A program made the translations under genes and the position numbers. Under the pieces are notes generated by a model, which was not told where the DNA came from, did no database searches, and saw only the letters and a list, made by a program, of their open reading frames with translations. A DNA stretch of 64,000 bases from Basidiobolus meristosporus CBS 931.73 (Eukaryota > Fungi > Basidiobolomycota): the NCBI GenBank assembly GCA_002104905.1, contig MCFE01000178.1, positions 62,001 to 126,000 of the forward strand. Direction: 5' to 3'. Numbering within the stretch: the first letter of the stretch is position 1; the number at the start of each line of letters is the position of its first letter. This document shows positions 12,015 to 22,797 of this stretch, piece by piece.

Positions 12015-13827
12015 CCAATCAACCAAAAATCAATTGGATGCAGATGGGTCTTCAAGACCAAATACCAGGCTGATAGTACAGTTGCAAGATACAAAGCAAG
12101 ACTTGTAGACATAGGTACTCTCAAACAAAAGGACTTGACTATACTGAGACCTTTGCACTGGTAGCCAAGTTTAATTCCGTCAGATTAATATTGGCTATTG
12201 CAGCCAAATATATGTTTTTTATTCATCAAATGGAAGTAAAAACTGCATATTTGAATGGAGAACTTGATGAGGACATGTATATGGACCAGCCTGATGGGTT
12301 TGTTGACCAAGATAACCCCCATTTGGTCTGGAAGCTTAAAAAGTCACTACATGGTCTCAAACAATCACCAAGTGCGTAAAATTGCAAGATAGATTCTTAT
12401 TTGGAATCTTTGAGTTTCAAAAGGAGTAATGCTGACTATAGTACATACTATAAGCCAGATAGAGCAAATCAAGTTCTATTAGCTCTATATGTGGATGATC
12501 TTATTATAGCCAACAATAACCTAGAAACATTGAAAGAGACTAAATCCAGCCTATCTAAGGAGTTCAAGATGTCTGATCTGGGAGGACTTAATTACTACTT
12601 AGGGATTAAATTCTCCATAGACAGATGTACCCAGACTATCACCCTATGCCAATCCAAGTGTATTCAAGATATACTAAAGAAGTACCAAATGGAAGACTGT
12701 AAACTGGCAGTTACCCCAATGGCGAAAAACCTTAACTTGGTCAAAACTCACCAAATCAAGAGAGCTTGGTGCCATCTGAAAGCCCTGACTTTCCTTATCA
12801 ATCTATGGTGGCAGTCTGGTGTATATCATACTTGGAACATGTCCAGATATCTCATATTCAGTGGGAGTTGTCAGCCAAAATAATCAGAACTATGGATCTG
12901 ATCATATTGCAGCAGTTAAGCGGATCATTAGATACCTAAAAGGAACTGCTGATATCTGCTTAAGATACACTTGTAATGATTCAGAACAGGATCTTGTAGG
13001 ATACTCTGATGCTGATTGGGGACAAAATTTAGAAGACAGAAGATCCACCACAGGATACACCTTTCTTTACTGTAAAGGAGCAGTTTCATGGAACTCAAGA
13101 AAGCAACCAACTGTAGCACTTTCCACCACAGAGGCAGAGTATATAGCAGCCTGTGAAGCTACAAAAGAAGCAATGTGGTTAAGAAAACTTTTTACAGATT
13201 TAGGCCTATGTCAAAAAACGCCTATTACTTTATTTCAGGATAATCAAGAATGTATACAATCAGGTAGAGATCCAACTTTTCATGCTAGAACCAAGCACAT
13301 AGATATTAGACATCATTTCATATGTGAGGCTATAGAGAATAACTTGGTTAGCTTAGTTTACTGTCCTATAGATGCAATGATTGCAGACATATTTACCAAA
13401 CCATTAGCTAGAGACAAGTTTGAATATCTTAGGTCAAAATTAGGAATAGTCAGTATGAACATTTAACTGAGTGGGAGTGTTGTAAAAATTTGTGTTTCCA
13501 CCTAAATATTCACCTAACTTAGTTGCTTAGATCATCACCTTCAAATCCTAGAAAATACTGACCAAAATTCCTTGTGGGGATTTACTTAGAATACTTTTGC
13601 CAAAATACCAGATACCCAGAACATGAAAATTCTCAAAGTTGTCCAAACAGCCCCAAACTTTGCACACATGTTCTTGGGACCTTTCTTAACCTATTCTACA
13701 TGTTTGTAATGCCAAGACCAGGTAAATGTATAAATACTACTTTTACATTCAATAAATCATTAAGTGAAAACCACATAATCTACTTGTTCTCCCAATCACT
13801 TCCAATATCTCCAAGACTCTTACAACA
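12015..13827 (+). mobile_element. 5-prime-truncated Ty1/copia element (RT, RNase H, PPT, 3-prime LTR); same family as 50769-55477
   Basis: KSIGCRWVFK..RYKARLV, HQMEVKTAYLNG, LYVDDLII, GYSDADWG, RTKHIDIRHHF and ADIFTKPL motifs (ORFs 12191-12379, 12401-12883, 12819-13466). PPT gagtgggag at 13469-13477. Confidence 0.92.
13478..13827 (+). repeat. Copia LTR (family A, long 350 bp subtype)
   Basis: TGTTGTAA...TTACAACA termini. Near-identical to LTRs at 48209, 50009, 50769, 54730 and 55146. Confidence 0.92.
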
Positions 13828-13864
13828 GATAATTGGAGGCCAGGGATGTCATATGGTCATCACA
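13828..13864 (+). repeat. Terminal fragment of LTR family B (matches the end of solo LTR 18505-19014)
   Basis: gataattggaggccagggatgtcat is shared with 18978-19002 and the fragment ends in CA. Suggests the copia inserted into a family B LTR. Confidence 0.6.
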
Positions 13865-14114
13865 TGCTAGGCTTCTATTGCTAGTAGTACTATGGTACTT
13901 TGATCTTGTGTTACTTTTGAATCAGCCAATCAAACCATGTGATATTTTTGCAGGTGCTGCGCCTATGTTTGATCTTCACCACTGTAACATTTTGGCTTTG
14001 TATCACATGTATTGCTTGTGCAATTGCCCAAGAACTTTGATCCTTCAGAAATTTCATATATATGACTTCCCAAGCTGAAGAATAAAGAAGAGCCTCTCTT
14101 TCCAGAATCTGCAC

Positions 14115-14840
14115 ACTACAATTACAAGTTTAAAGGTTGTAAGACTTCCCCTGCATCACTTGCACTGTTGTGTATTCTGACTTTAATTGGTACTACATCA
14201 GTAAAGTGACTGCAAAGCTCACAAAAATCCTATCTAAGTTCTACCAGAAAACTACCACTTTTCTGTCAGAAAAGTCCTCTCTAAGAAGCCCCTCTACTCT
14301 AAGGATGCCCCTTAAGACAACCCTTTAGTCTAAAGACCTCTCTAGAGACCCCTTAAAGAAATCCCTTTACTCTAAAGAAGCCCCTTTAGGCACCCCTTGA
14401 CTGTATAGTCCAACTTGGAGACCACTACAAGAAGCCCCTTTACTCTAAAGACACCTCTTTAGACACCCCTTCAAGTCTAAAGACTGCTTTAGAGACTTCT
14501 ACACCACACACCTTTAGGTTAAAGGGGAGTTCAGAATTACAATATTAGGAATTATTTTCTCAGAAAGGAAAGTGACTACCAAATAAGGAAAAGTTACTGT
14601 AAAAGTAAATAAGCTCAATAGTCAACAGAAGGTCAAAATACTGCTGTAGAAGTGAGAAGCACTGCCTATGATGTATTTTGAGCCTAAGATTGAGGATATT
14701 AGTGAAAGTTATATCTTCTATTGGTATATCAAGCTACCAATAATCAATCTTGGTATTAGCAAACTTGAAGTTGTTGTATGTTGTTGACTAGCCTCTACAT
14801 TGTAAAGCAAGCCCTATACAAAACTTAATACAACACAACA
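14115..14840 (+). repeat. LTR-like direct repeat, copy 1, with internal minisatellite
   Basis: Homologous to 19701-20355 from actacaattacaag to caacacaaca. Contains an imperfect array of about 19 bp (cccctttactctaaagaag-like) at about 14280-14490. Confidence 0.8.
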
Positions 14841-15910
14841 AGAATTTGATGGAGGACCTGGGTAGGTTGACCTTTCAATATGCAAGCATCAAGAAACATT
14901 ACAAGCATGACCAATACACCACTCCCAGAGTTAATTGTCACATCTAAAGGGGCTATTCCAGTAGGATTCTCAGGAGAGAATGTTACTGAGCTTCTAGAAG
15001 AGCTTGACAATATGGCTGCAGCATTTGAGCTATCACACAAGAGCAAAATCCAGCTGTTTCCCTTTCTCTGTGAAGTTGAAGTATCAAGATTCTTACAAAG
15101 CTTGGATCCATTTAAGATATCTGTTGGTGCTGAAAATAACTGGGCACTTCTGAACAAGCATTTTGGCTGAGTACCAAAAGGAAGCACAGTTTGTTACACT
15201 AAATGAGCTAGAAATGCCTTACAACAAGACCCAATCCTTGCAAAAGTACATTCAAAAGTTTGAGTAAAAAGCAAGGCATGCTAAAGCGGCTAATGGAATT
15301 CCAAGATTTTATCAAAGACACTATTTTTGGATGAATAAGCCTCTTGAGATATGTAATGCCATCAGCCACCAAGTTCAGGCTACAAGCTCCTACAACAATG
15401 TTAAACAAATGGTGTTAAACTATCAATCAGGGAGACAATTAACGGATTCCATTGGTATTCAAATGAGGATTTCCACTCTGGCTGAATAAAAGCTTCATTA
15501 AACAAATAACCCACAAAGTGATCAGGTTAATGAACTGATGCATTAGGAAAACTGATGCTTAAGTTGGACTCTCAAAGTGTATCATCATCAAGCATCAGCA
15601 AACTAAGATCAGAGAATCCCAAAACAACCAGTAATTATCCACAACAAACTAAATGTTGAGTGTACTGTGAATTAGCTGAATATAGCTGTTATGGTTGTCA
15701 AATATTGAATATTGATATTGACAGTCATAAAGTTATGATTGATTGCTATGGGAGGATCCGTGATATTGCTGGAAGCTCTTTACCTATGAACAGAGGTTAT
15801 GGTGGAATGCAGTCCTATGTATTTGCTCATGAAGAATCAAGTAAAAGCACTACAACATCAAATTTCATACAAATTCAAAAGACTGCAGAAACTCCAAGAA
15901 ATGAGCATTA

Positions 15911-16642
15911 GACTTGTTCTGTTAGATAATGCCACATTGAGCCATGAGTGCCAAGTGATGTCATAGTGTGCCAGGGAGGCCAAGTGAGCCTAAACTTGGC
16001 CACAGAGAGTGAAACATAGCTCTGCATCTTCATGCAAAGCAGCCCCTGTGTTTCACTCATTGTGCTGGAGAAAATCCATTTTTTGACCTTTTTTTTTGGA
16101 TCAACAATGTTCAGGATGTGTGAGAGCACAGAAGGACTGAAGACATGCATCTGATACTCAATACCCATAGCACTGTAAATCTAGCACCTGTGGCATGTAT
16201 CATGTCACAAAAATGCATGGCACTATCTTGGTCCACTGGTACTATCAGGCACTAAATGTGCTTTGTGTAGGTTTTACTTCAGGGCTAATATTTAAATATA
16301 GTACCGGATAGTACCAGTGGACCATGATAGTGTCATGCTTTTTTGTAGCATGATACAAGCTACAGGAGCTGGATTCAGAGTGCCATGGGTATTGAGTACC
16401 AGATGCATGTCTTCAATCTTTTTGTGCTATTACACATCCTGCACAACATTGACCCAAAAAAAAAGGTCAAAAAATAGATTTTCTCCAGCACAATGGGTGA
16501 TACACAAGGGCTGCTTGGCATACAGATGCAGAGCTATGTTTCAAACTTTGCGGCCAAGTATAGGCTCACTTGGCCTCTTTGGCACACTATGGCTTCATTT
16601 GGCACTCATGGTTCAACATGACACTATCCAATAGAACAAGTC
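15911..16642. mobile_element. Foldback/MITE element, copy 2, inserted in gypsy gag-pol
   Basis: Same arms as 9775-10505. The central spacer is the reverse complement of the copy 1 spacer, so orientation is opposite. Left flank TA, right flank AA. Confidence 0.85.
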
Positions 16643-18504
16643 AATTATGTACTCACAACATCAGACCCATTGGGACAGGTCCAAGAATATCTAATGGAAA
16701 AAGAGGAAGTTGAAGAATTTAATTGCCTTATTGACAAGAGAAAATATGTCTCTACAGAGAGCAATCCTAAAAAAGTGTGTACCCACAAAAGAAATCAGCC
16801 AGTTGTTGCAATACCAGTACAGCCAGAAGCATCAAAAATCCAAAAAGAACACTTGCAATCTCAATCCAAGTATGACACTGCTACAATTACACAAACAGTG
16901 ACTGACAAATTCTGGAAATCTCCATTTCCACAACTTACAAATCAAGAAATGTTCACTGATATCAACAATCTCAATCAGCTACTGCCTGAAATGATTAAAC
17001 CTATAAATAAGGATATCATCATGATTTATCAAGTGCAATCTTTAAGAACATTATCAAGTGAGCAGCTACATTTTGAGGTTGAAAAAGCATTTTACTCTAT
17101 AACAACAGGATGCTATGCTGCTACAATCAACAACGTTGAAGTGGAACACGCTTTTGATTCAGGATCAGAACTCAATGCCCTCACCGCCATGACTTTTGAA
17201 AAAATCAAATTGCCATTGACAGAAGTTGACTGGAATATGAGAACTGCTACAGGTGCAACAGAGACAATGCATGGACTTGGTCACTATATGTCAATTGAAA
17301 TTGGAGGAATCAGGGCTACTTCTCCCTTTTGCATTGTTGCCAATGGACCCACTTTTGAGGTATTGTTGGGACAACCATATGAGAGAAAATCTCTTTCACA
17401 AGCTGATAACAGACCTGATGGAAGCTTATGGCTGACAAACACATCTGACAATTGAAAAAGAAGGACAACCTTTTGTGCAGCACAAGAGAACAATCCAAGA
17501 AATGCAGACTCATTTCCAGTACAAAATATTCAGGTTCTTAAGGATATTTTGTTTTATAATCAAAACTTCATACCCTCAACAAGAAGTAAGACATATACCA
17601 AGTACAAGCCAGTTGCTTTGAAAGCAAAGCCAGTATCTACTGGAATCTCACCATCTATCCGCAACAATCCTCAAATGGAGCCGTTTAACATATATGAAAA
17701 AATCAAACTCACAGAAGAGAAGTTCCAGGAGTTAGCTATTGGGACTACTCTTACTACCAAGGAGAAAATTTTCTTTTTGACTTTGCTACAATGCTATGAC
17801 AGTGTCTTTGCATCTAATGATTCACATACAGGATGTTGATCCACAGAGCTATCTCCTCTGGTTAATATCCATACCATTGAACATACACTATGAGCATTGA
17901 GATCATAGCCTGCTCCCTCAAGATTACTGAATAAAGCATTGAAATGCTACAATCAAGATTTCAAAGTCAAGCCATTGAGTATAGCTATGGACCTTATTGC
18001 AATCCCTGATTTACACTGTTGAAGAAAAATAGAAGTCTACGGTTTATTCAAGATATAGAGCATTTGAATAAGGTCACCATCAAGGATGATATGCAACCAC
18101 CCATATGACATGAGTATATTGGGTCATTTACTGGGTATCTTCTGATTACAACATTGGACCTTTATTTAGGATATGACCAAATACTTCTGGATCCTGACTC
18201 AAGAGATTTCACTGCTATGGATACACCAACAGGACTCCTAGGAATGACAAGAATTCCTCAAGGATGAGCTAACTCTGTGCAAAATTATCAATGTGCAGTG
18301 ATTTGAGTTTTGGATGACTGTTTCCCTGAGATATGTTGACCATTTCTTGATGACATTGCAGTTATGAATAAGTCTAGAGAAAAAGATACATCACATGTCT
18401 TACCGCAAGTCAGAAGATATGCTTATGATCACATATGCACTGTTGAAAGGGTCATGAAGAAACTTCAAGCTTCTGGTCTGACTGTATCTGGAGCCAAATG
18501 CAAG

Positions 18505-19014
18505 TGTCATGAATAGACACAAGGCAGGAGAGTAGGGCTAGGCAAGGCAGGATCAGGAAAGGACTTAGGTGTGGATCAACAAGGCAAGGCTGTTTATTCA
18601 AGACCTGTGCTTATCAGACTGAGGAATACATAAGGGGGGATAGGATTATATATGTTCTTTGGCAATATGGATGCCAAGAGATATTGCTTATACCAATGGG
18701 GCTCAGGGGTGAGGCACAGTAAGTTTGCCAAGATAGAGATATACTAAAGAGCAAACTAAAATATCACATGGAGATATGTCAGGGGCTGGCTTATTGTGTA
18801 ACCAGGTCATACAACATGTAATTACCATATAGAGTATGGGACTACATAAACTCCAATGGGAAGCTTCCATAGAATATTCCATTGTTTAACATTGACTTGG
18901 AGCTTTCAAGAAGTTGCTAGAATGTAGTAGAACCTTCTAGAAGGAACTTGGATTCCTTTGCTGACTTGATTTGGGTTGATAATTGGAGGCCAGGGATGTC
19001 ATGTGATCTTAACA
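18505..19014. repeat. Solo LTR (family B, 510 bp) inserted in gypsy RT
   Basis: TGTCATGA...CTTAACA termini with 5 bp flanks gcaag/gctag (4 of 5 match). Removing it restores GAKCKFG..EIILG of the RT. Confidence 0.75.
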
Positions 19015-19700
19015 GCTAGTTTGGCACCACAAAGAAATCATTCTAGGTGAACTTGTTTCAGAAAAAGGGAGATTGCATGATCCAGCAAGATTTTCATCAG
19101 CACTAAATTGGAAGACACCATGCAATATTCATCAAGTCAGACAACTATTAGGACCTACTGGTCTATTCAGAATCTGGACCAAGAACTATGCTCAAATTGC
19201 TTAGCCACTAACTCAACTATTATAGAAAAACAGAAATTTGAGTGGCATGAAGAACAGGCAAATGCTATATTGACATTTCTTGAGTCATTATCAAAGCCAC
19301 CTGTCTTAGCAGCTATAGATTACATTGTTATTTATTCACAACCAATAACTGTATCAGTTGATAGCTCTGGAATTGGGGTTGGTGGAATCATGATTCAAGT
19401 TTCAAAAGATCATCATTGATAACCTTGCAAATATCTTAGTAGACTATTCAAAGGAGATGAGCTCAACTATCCATTTATCAAGAAAGAAGCACTGGGAGTA
19501 CTCTATGTACTCAAAAAGCTAAAGTCATACTTATCAGGAGTACACTTCATGCTGGAGGTTGATGCCAAGCCATTATTGGGAATGTTGAATAAGTTAGAGC
19601 TTTTGCCTGATCCTATTCTAGCATGGTGGATATCATACATTCAGATCTTTGACTTTATGCTGCAACACATACCAGGAGCCAATCACAAAGGACCTGATGA

Positions 19701-20355
19701 ACTACAATTACAAGTTTAAAGGTTATAAGACTTCCCCTGCATCACTTGCACTGTTGAGTATTCTGACTTTGATTGGTACTGCATCAGTAAGGAGACTGCA
19801 AAGCTCACAAGAATCCAATCTAAGTTCTACAAGAAACTACTACCTTTCTGTTGGAAAAGTCCCCTCTAAAAAACCCCTTTACTCCAAAGACCCCCCTTTA
19901 GTCTAAAGACCCCCTTAGATACCCCTTTAAGAAACCCCTTTACTCTAAAGAAACCCCTTTACTCTAAAGAAGCCCCTTTAGGCACCTCCTTAGTGTAAAG
20001 TCCACTTTGGAGACTTCTACAACACACCCCTTTAGGTTAAAGGGGAGCTCAGAATTACAATATTAGGGAATATTTTCTCAGACAGGAAAGTGACCTCCAG
20101 ATAAGGAAATGTTGCTATAAAAGTAAATAAGCCCATTAGCTGGCAGAGGGTCAGAATACTGCTGAGGAAGTGAGAAACACTGCCTACAGTATATTTTGAG
20201 CCTAAGATTGAGGATATTAGTGAAAGCTATATCTTCTATTGGTATATCAAACTCCCAATAAACTATTTCAGTATTAGCAAACTGGAAGTTGTTGTATATT
20301 GTTGATTAGCCTTGGCATTGTAGAAGCCCCAAACTAATCACAATACAACACAACA
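19701..20355 (+). repeat. LTR-like direct repeat, copy 2
   Basis: Homologous to 14115-14840. Begins abruptly after the RNase H sequence HKGPD. Confidence 0.8.
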
Positions 20356-20399
20356 ATTCTCAATGTTGATGTCTAGATAATAAATATCTTTGTGAGCTA

Positions 20400-21350
20400 T
20401 GGAGTACATCCCCTAGATCTATATATGTCTGGCTATATGCACCTCTTGAGCCATTTCAAGAAGCCTTACAGTTGTCCAAATGCCTATAGGTGCAGGAATG
20501 CCAAGATGTTGCTGAATTACCTCTAGAGAAGTAACAATGAGAATGAACTTAAATTTTGCCAGCATCCATTGCCAATTGTAGATCAGGATCAATTGTAGTA
20601 TTGAGCAAAAAGGTGGATAATGTGCAGCTTGTCCCATTGAAGTGGTGCAGGAAAGTTAAGATTAACAATCTGTAAAATGGCAAATGCTTATAGCAATATT
20701 GATAATGTATAGAAATTGAATCAACACCAATACAGGGTGATGGGGCCCAAATAGGCCAGTATGAGCAAAAGTAAAGGAATACATAGTTTGTCAATGGCTG
20801 TAAGCTAATCTGTATGCAGCAAACATATGTGCACCAGTGAAGTTAATAGGTAAGGAGTACAAAAAGAGGATATTGCCAATTAGTATGTAAGAGTGTGTGA
20901 GCAGATTGATTACCTGGGATCTGGATATATGCAAAATGACAACAAACCAATCAACAGCCAAAATTAGCTGTAATAGAGGTCATATATAGGCAAAAGTTGC
21001 TCTATGAGAAATTGCCAACTTAGAACTTTACTGTGAATCCGCTGGTACACTATTGATATTATGCTGGCACTTGGCTGGGGTTTTCCTGTCCAATCTTCAG
21101 ATGCACTTTTGTGAAGTAGTAGATAGCAGATTGCCAAGTTTGTTATGTGTGCCAGCTGACCTAGTCACCTGCTGGAAAGTATGTTGACTTCTCTGCCAAA
21201 TGGCTAGAACTTGAGGTATTGAGAGTTGTAAATTCAGAGAAACTTAGCACTCTGCTGATATTATGATGGTATATTTCTGGCCCTGTGTTAATTTTTTCTG
21301 TTAAGGTACTATAAGCCAAATACTCAATATCCTTATAAAGACTGACCATA
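20400..21350 (-). mobile_element. Probable highly diverged CACTA remnant
   Basis: Short matches to other CACTA copies: tgaggtattgagagt (about 21210, also about 48550) and aaagttgctcta (about 20995, also about 50735). No intact motifs. Confidence 0.35.
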
Positions 21351-22767
21351 TCCATCAATAGATATACTAACTGATCACTATTAAGGGCTAATCAAATCAG
21401 TCAATACTGTCTTAATAATATTAATCAACAATGAGTATAAAAAAAATAATTCATCTTTCAGCTATTGTAATGCAAAGTATCATGTACCATGGAGTACTCT
21501 GGGGTGCTGAATAAATCCAGCACTCTAGGTTGTCTGGCTATGTGTAGCACCATAAATAGAACAACTATTAAGTCTGAAAGTGCAATGCTGATAGTGTGGC
21601 TAATAGGCATAATAACATGTAATCCTAGGCACATCAGAGGCAGTGCAATTGATGAGGCATGCCAATTATCATGATACCAATAATACTCAAGCATATCAGA
21701 ATGTAGAAAACACATGTATCCAAATGAGAAATAACTTCAACCATCCCATCCAAGGCCATCACAGGATTGGCATTCTACAACTAATTGCTGTTAATGCTCC
21801 TATGATACCCAAAGAATAAAATGAGTAAAATATCAATCTGAAAATCCAAAAAAAACTCAACCAAGGTCAAGTATACAGTCAGAGAGAGCAATCTTGGGCC
21901 TCATAATCTTTGATAGAACTTGGAGTAGTATTTGAAGAGATATAAAGGGCTGAAGAATTGTATAGGGTTCACTAGCTTTTTCAGAAGTTAATGTATATAT
22001 GGAATCTCCAGAGGAGCATTACAAGGCTTATAGGAAACATTGCTAGCTGAAGGCCCCAAGTGGTGATGTGTAAGGTTTGAAGCATTCAGATAAGCTGTAA
22101 ATTTAGATAACTATTCAATCTTGACTTACTCCGCTAGCAAGTTGATATCTTTCAAGCTGAATCTTGGTATTTGATAGCTTAGCAATATGCAAAAGATGGT
22201 CCATAGGCATATGAATACTTTCGGTGTAAATACGCTTTTTCAACACAGAATACCAGAAGGATAATGGCATAATACCGGCTGCATACCATGTGAAGCCCCA
22301 GCTTCATTGTTGTTGCTAGCAAGTGGAGCACATACTACACTAGCACAAATCATTCCCAGCCAAACTACTACTCCCAGGGTGTTCTCTTTGAGCAAAGCTG
22401 GGCCTCAGGTAGGTATTTTGGTTATGTGGGGCCAAATTGAAAAATACACCTAGAATACAAGCAGAATACCAGCTGAATATCAGAGGAGTTCCAAGTTTGA
22501 GATTTCTCATAGGGATCACCTGTGGTAAAATGGTCAATATTCAAGAAGTCTTGAAACCAAGTAAATATCACAAGGAGAGTGTGCTGCAAATGGGTTTTTT
22601 CTATAGTCAACAAATTACATCAAAGAGATTTGCAAGCAATCCGCTGCTGTGATAAGAGACCAAAGATATTCAAACATCCATAGAACGCACAGAATTTTCA
22701 GAGGGGAGATTGGCTTTCACTACCATAGGTTGGCAACTGGATTTGGATTGTGGAAGATCCACATAAT

Positions 22768-22797
22768 CTAGCCCTAGCCCTAGCCCTAACCCTAACC
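22768..22797. repeat. Interstitial telomere-like hexamer tract (CCCTAG)x3(CCCTAA)x2
   Basis: Sequence ctagccctagccctagccctaaccctaacc read directly. Confidence 0.8.

Larger units (their letters stand above)
14115..20355 (+). mobile_element. Degenerate Ty3/gypsy element (gag, PR, RT, RNase H; integrase deleted) bounded by about 0.7 kb direct repeats
   Basis: gag FSGENVTELL..W (14880-15170), Cys-rich gag tail GRIRDIAGSSLP..GYGGM (15660-15911), protease FDSGSELN (16670-17455), RT FLDD (18343-18354), RNase H VSVDSSGIGVGG and VDAKPL..HIPGANH. Direct repeats at 14115-14840 and 19701-20355. Interrupted by a MITE and a solo LTR. Confidence 0.8.

Noticed and set aside
13574-13870. ORFs inside copia LTRs (also 48344-48544 and 54672-54857)
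   Set aside because: They are the same chance frame repeated because the LTR is repeated; there are no protein features.
14280-14490. Short repeated units as a CRISPR-like array
   Set aside because: The repeats are imperfect and tandem with no unique spacers, in a eukaryotic LTR context. This is a minisatellite.
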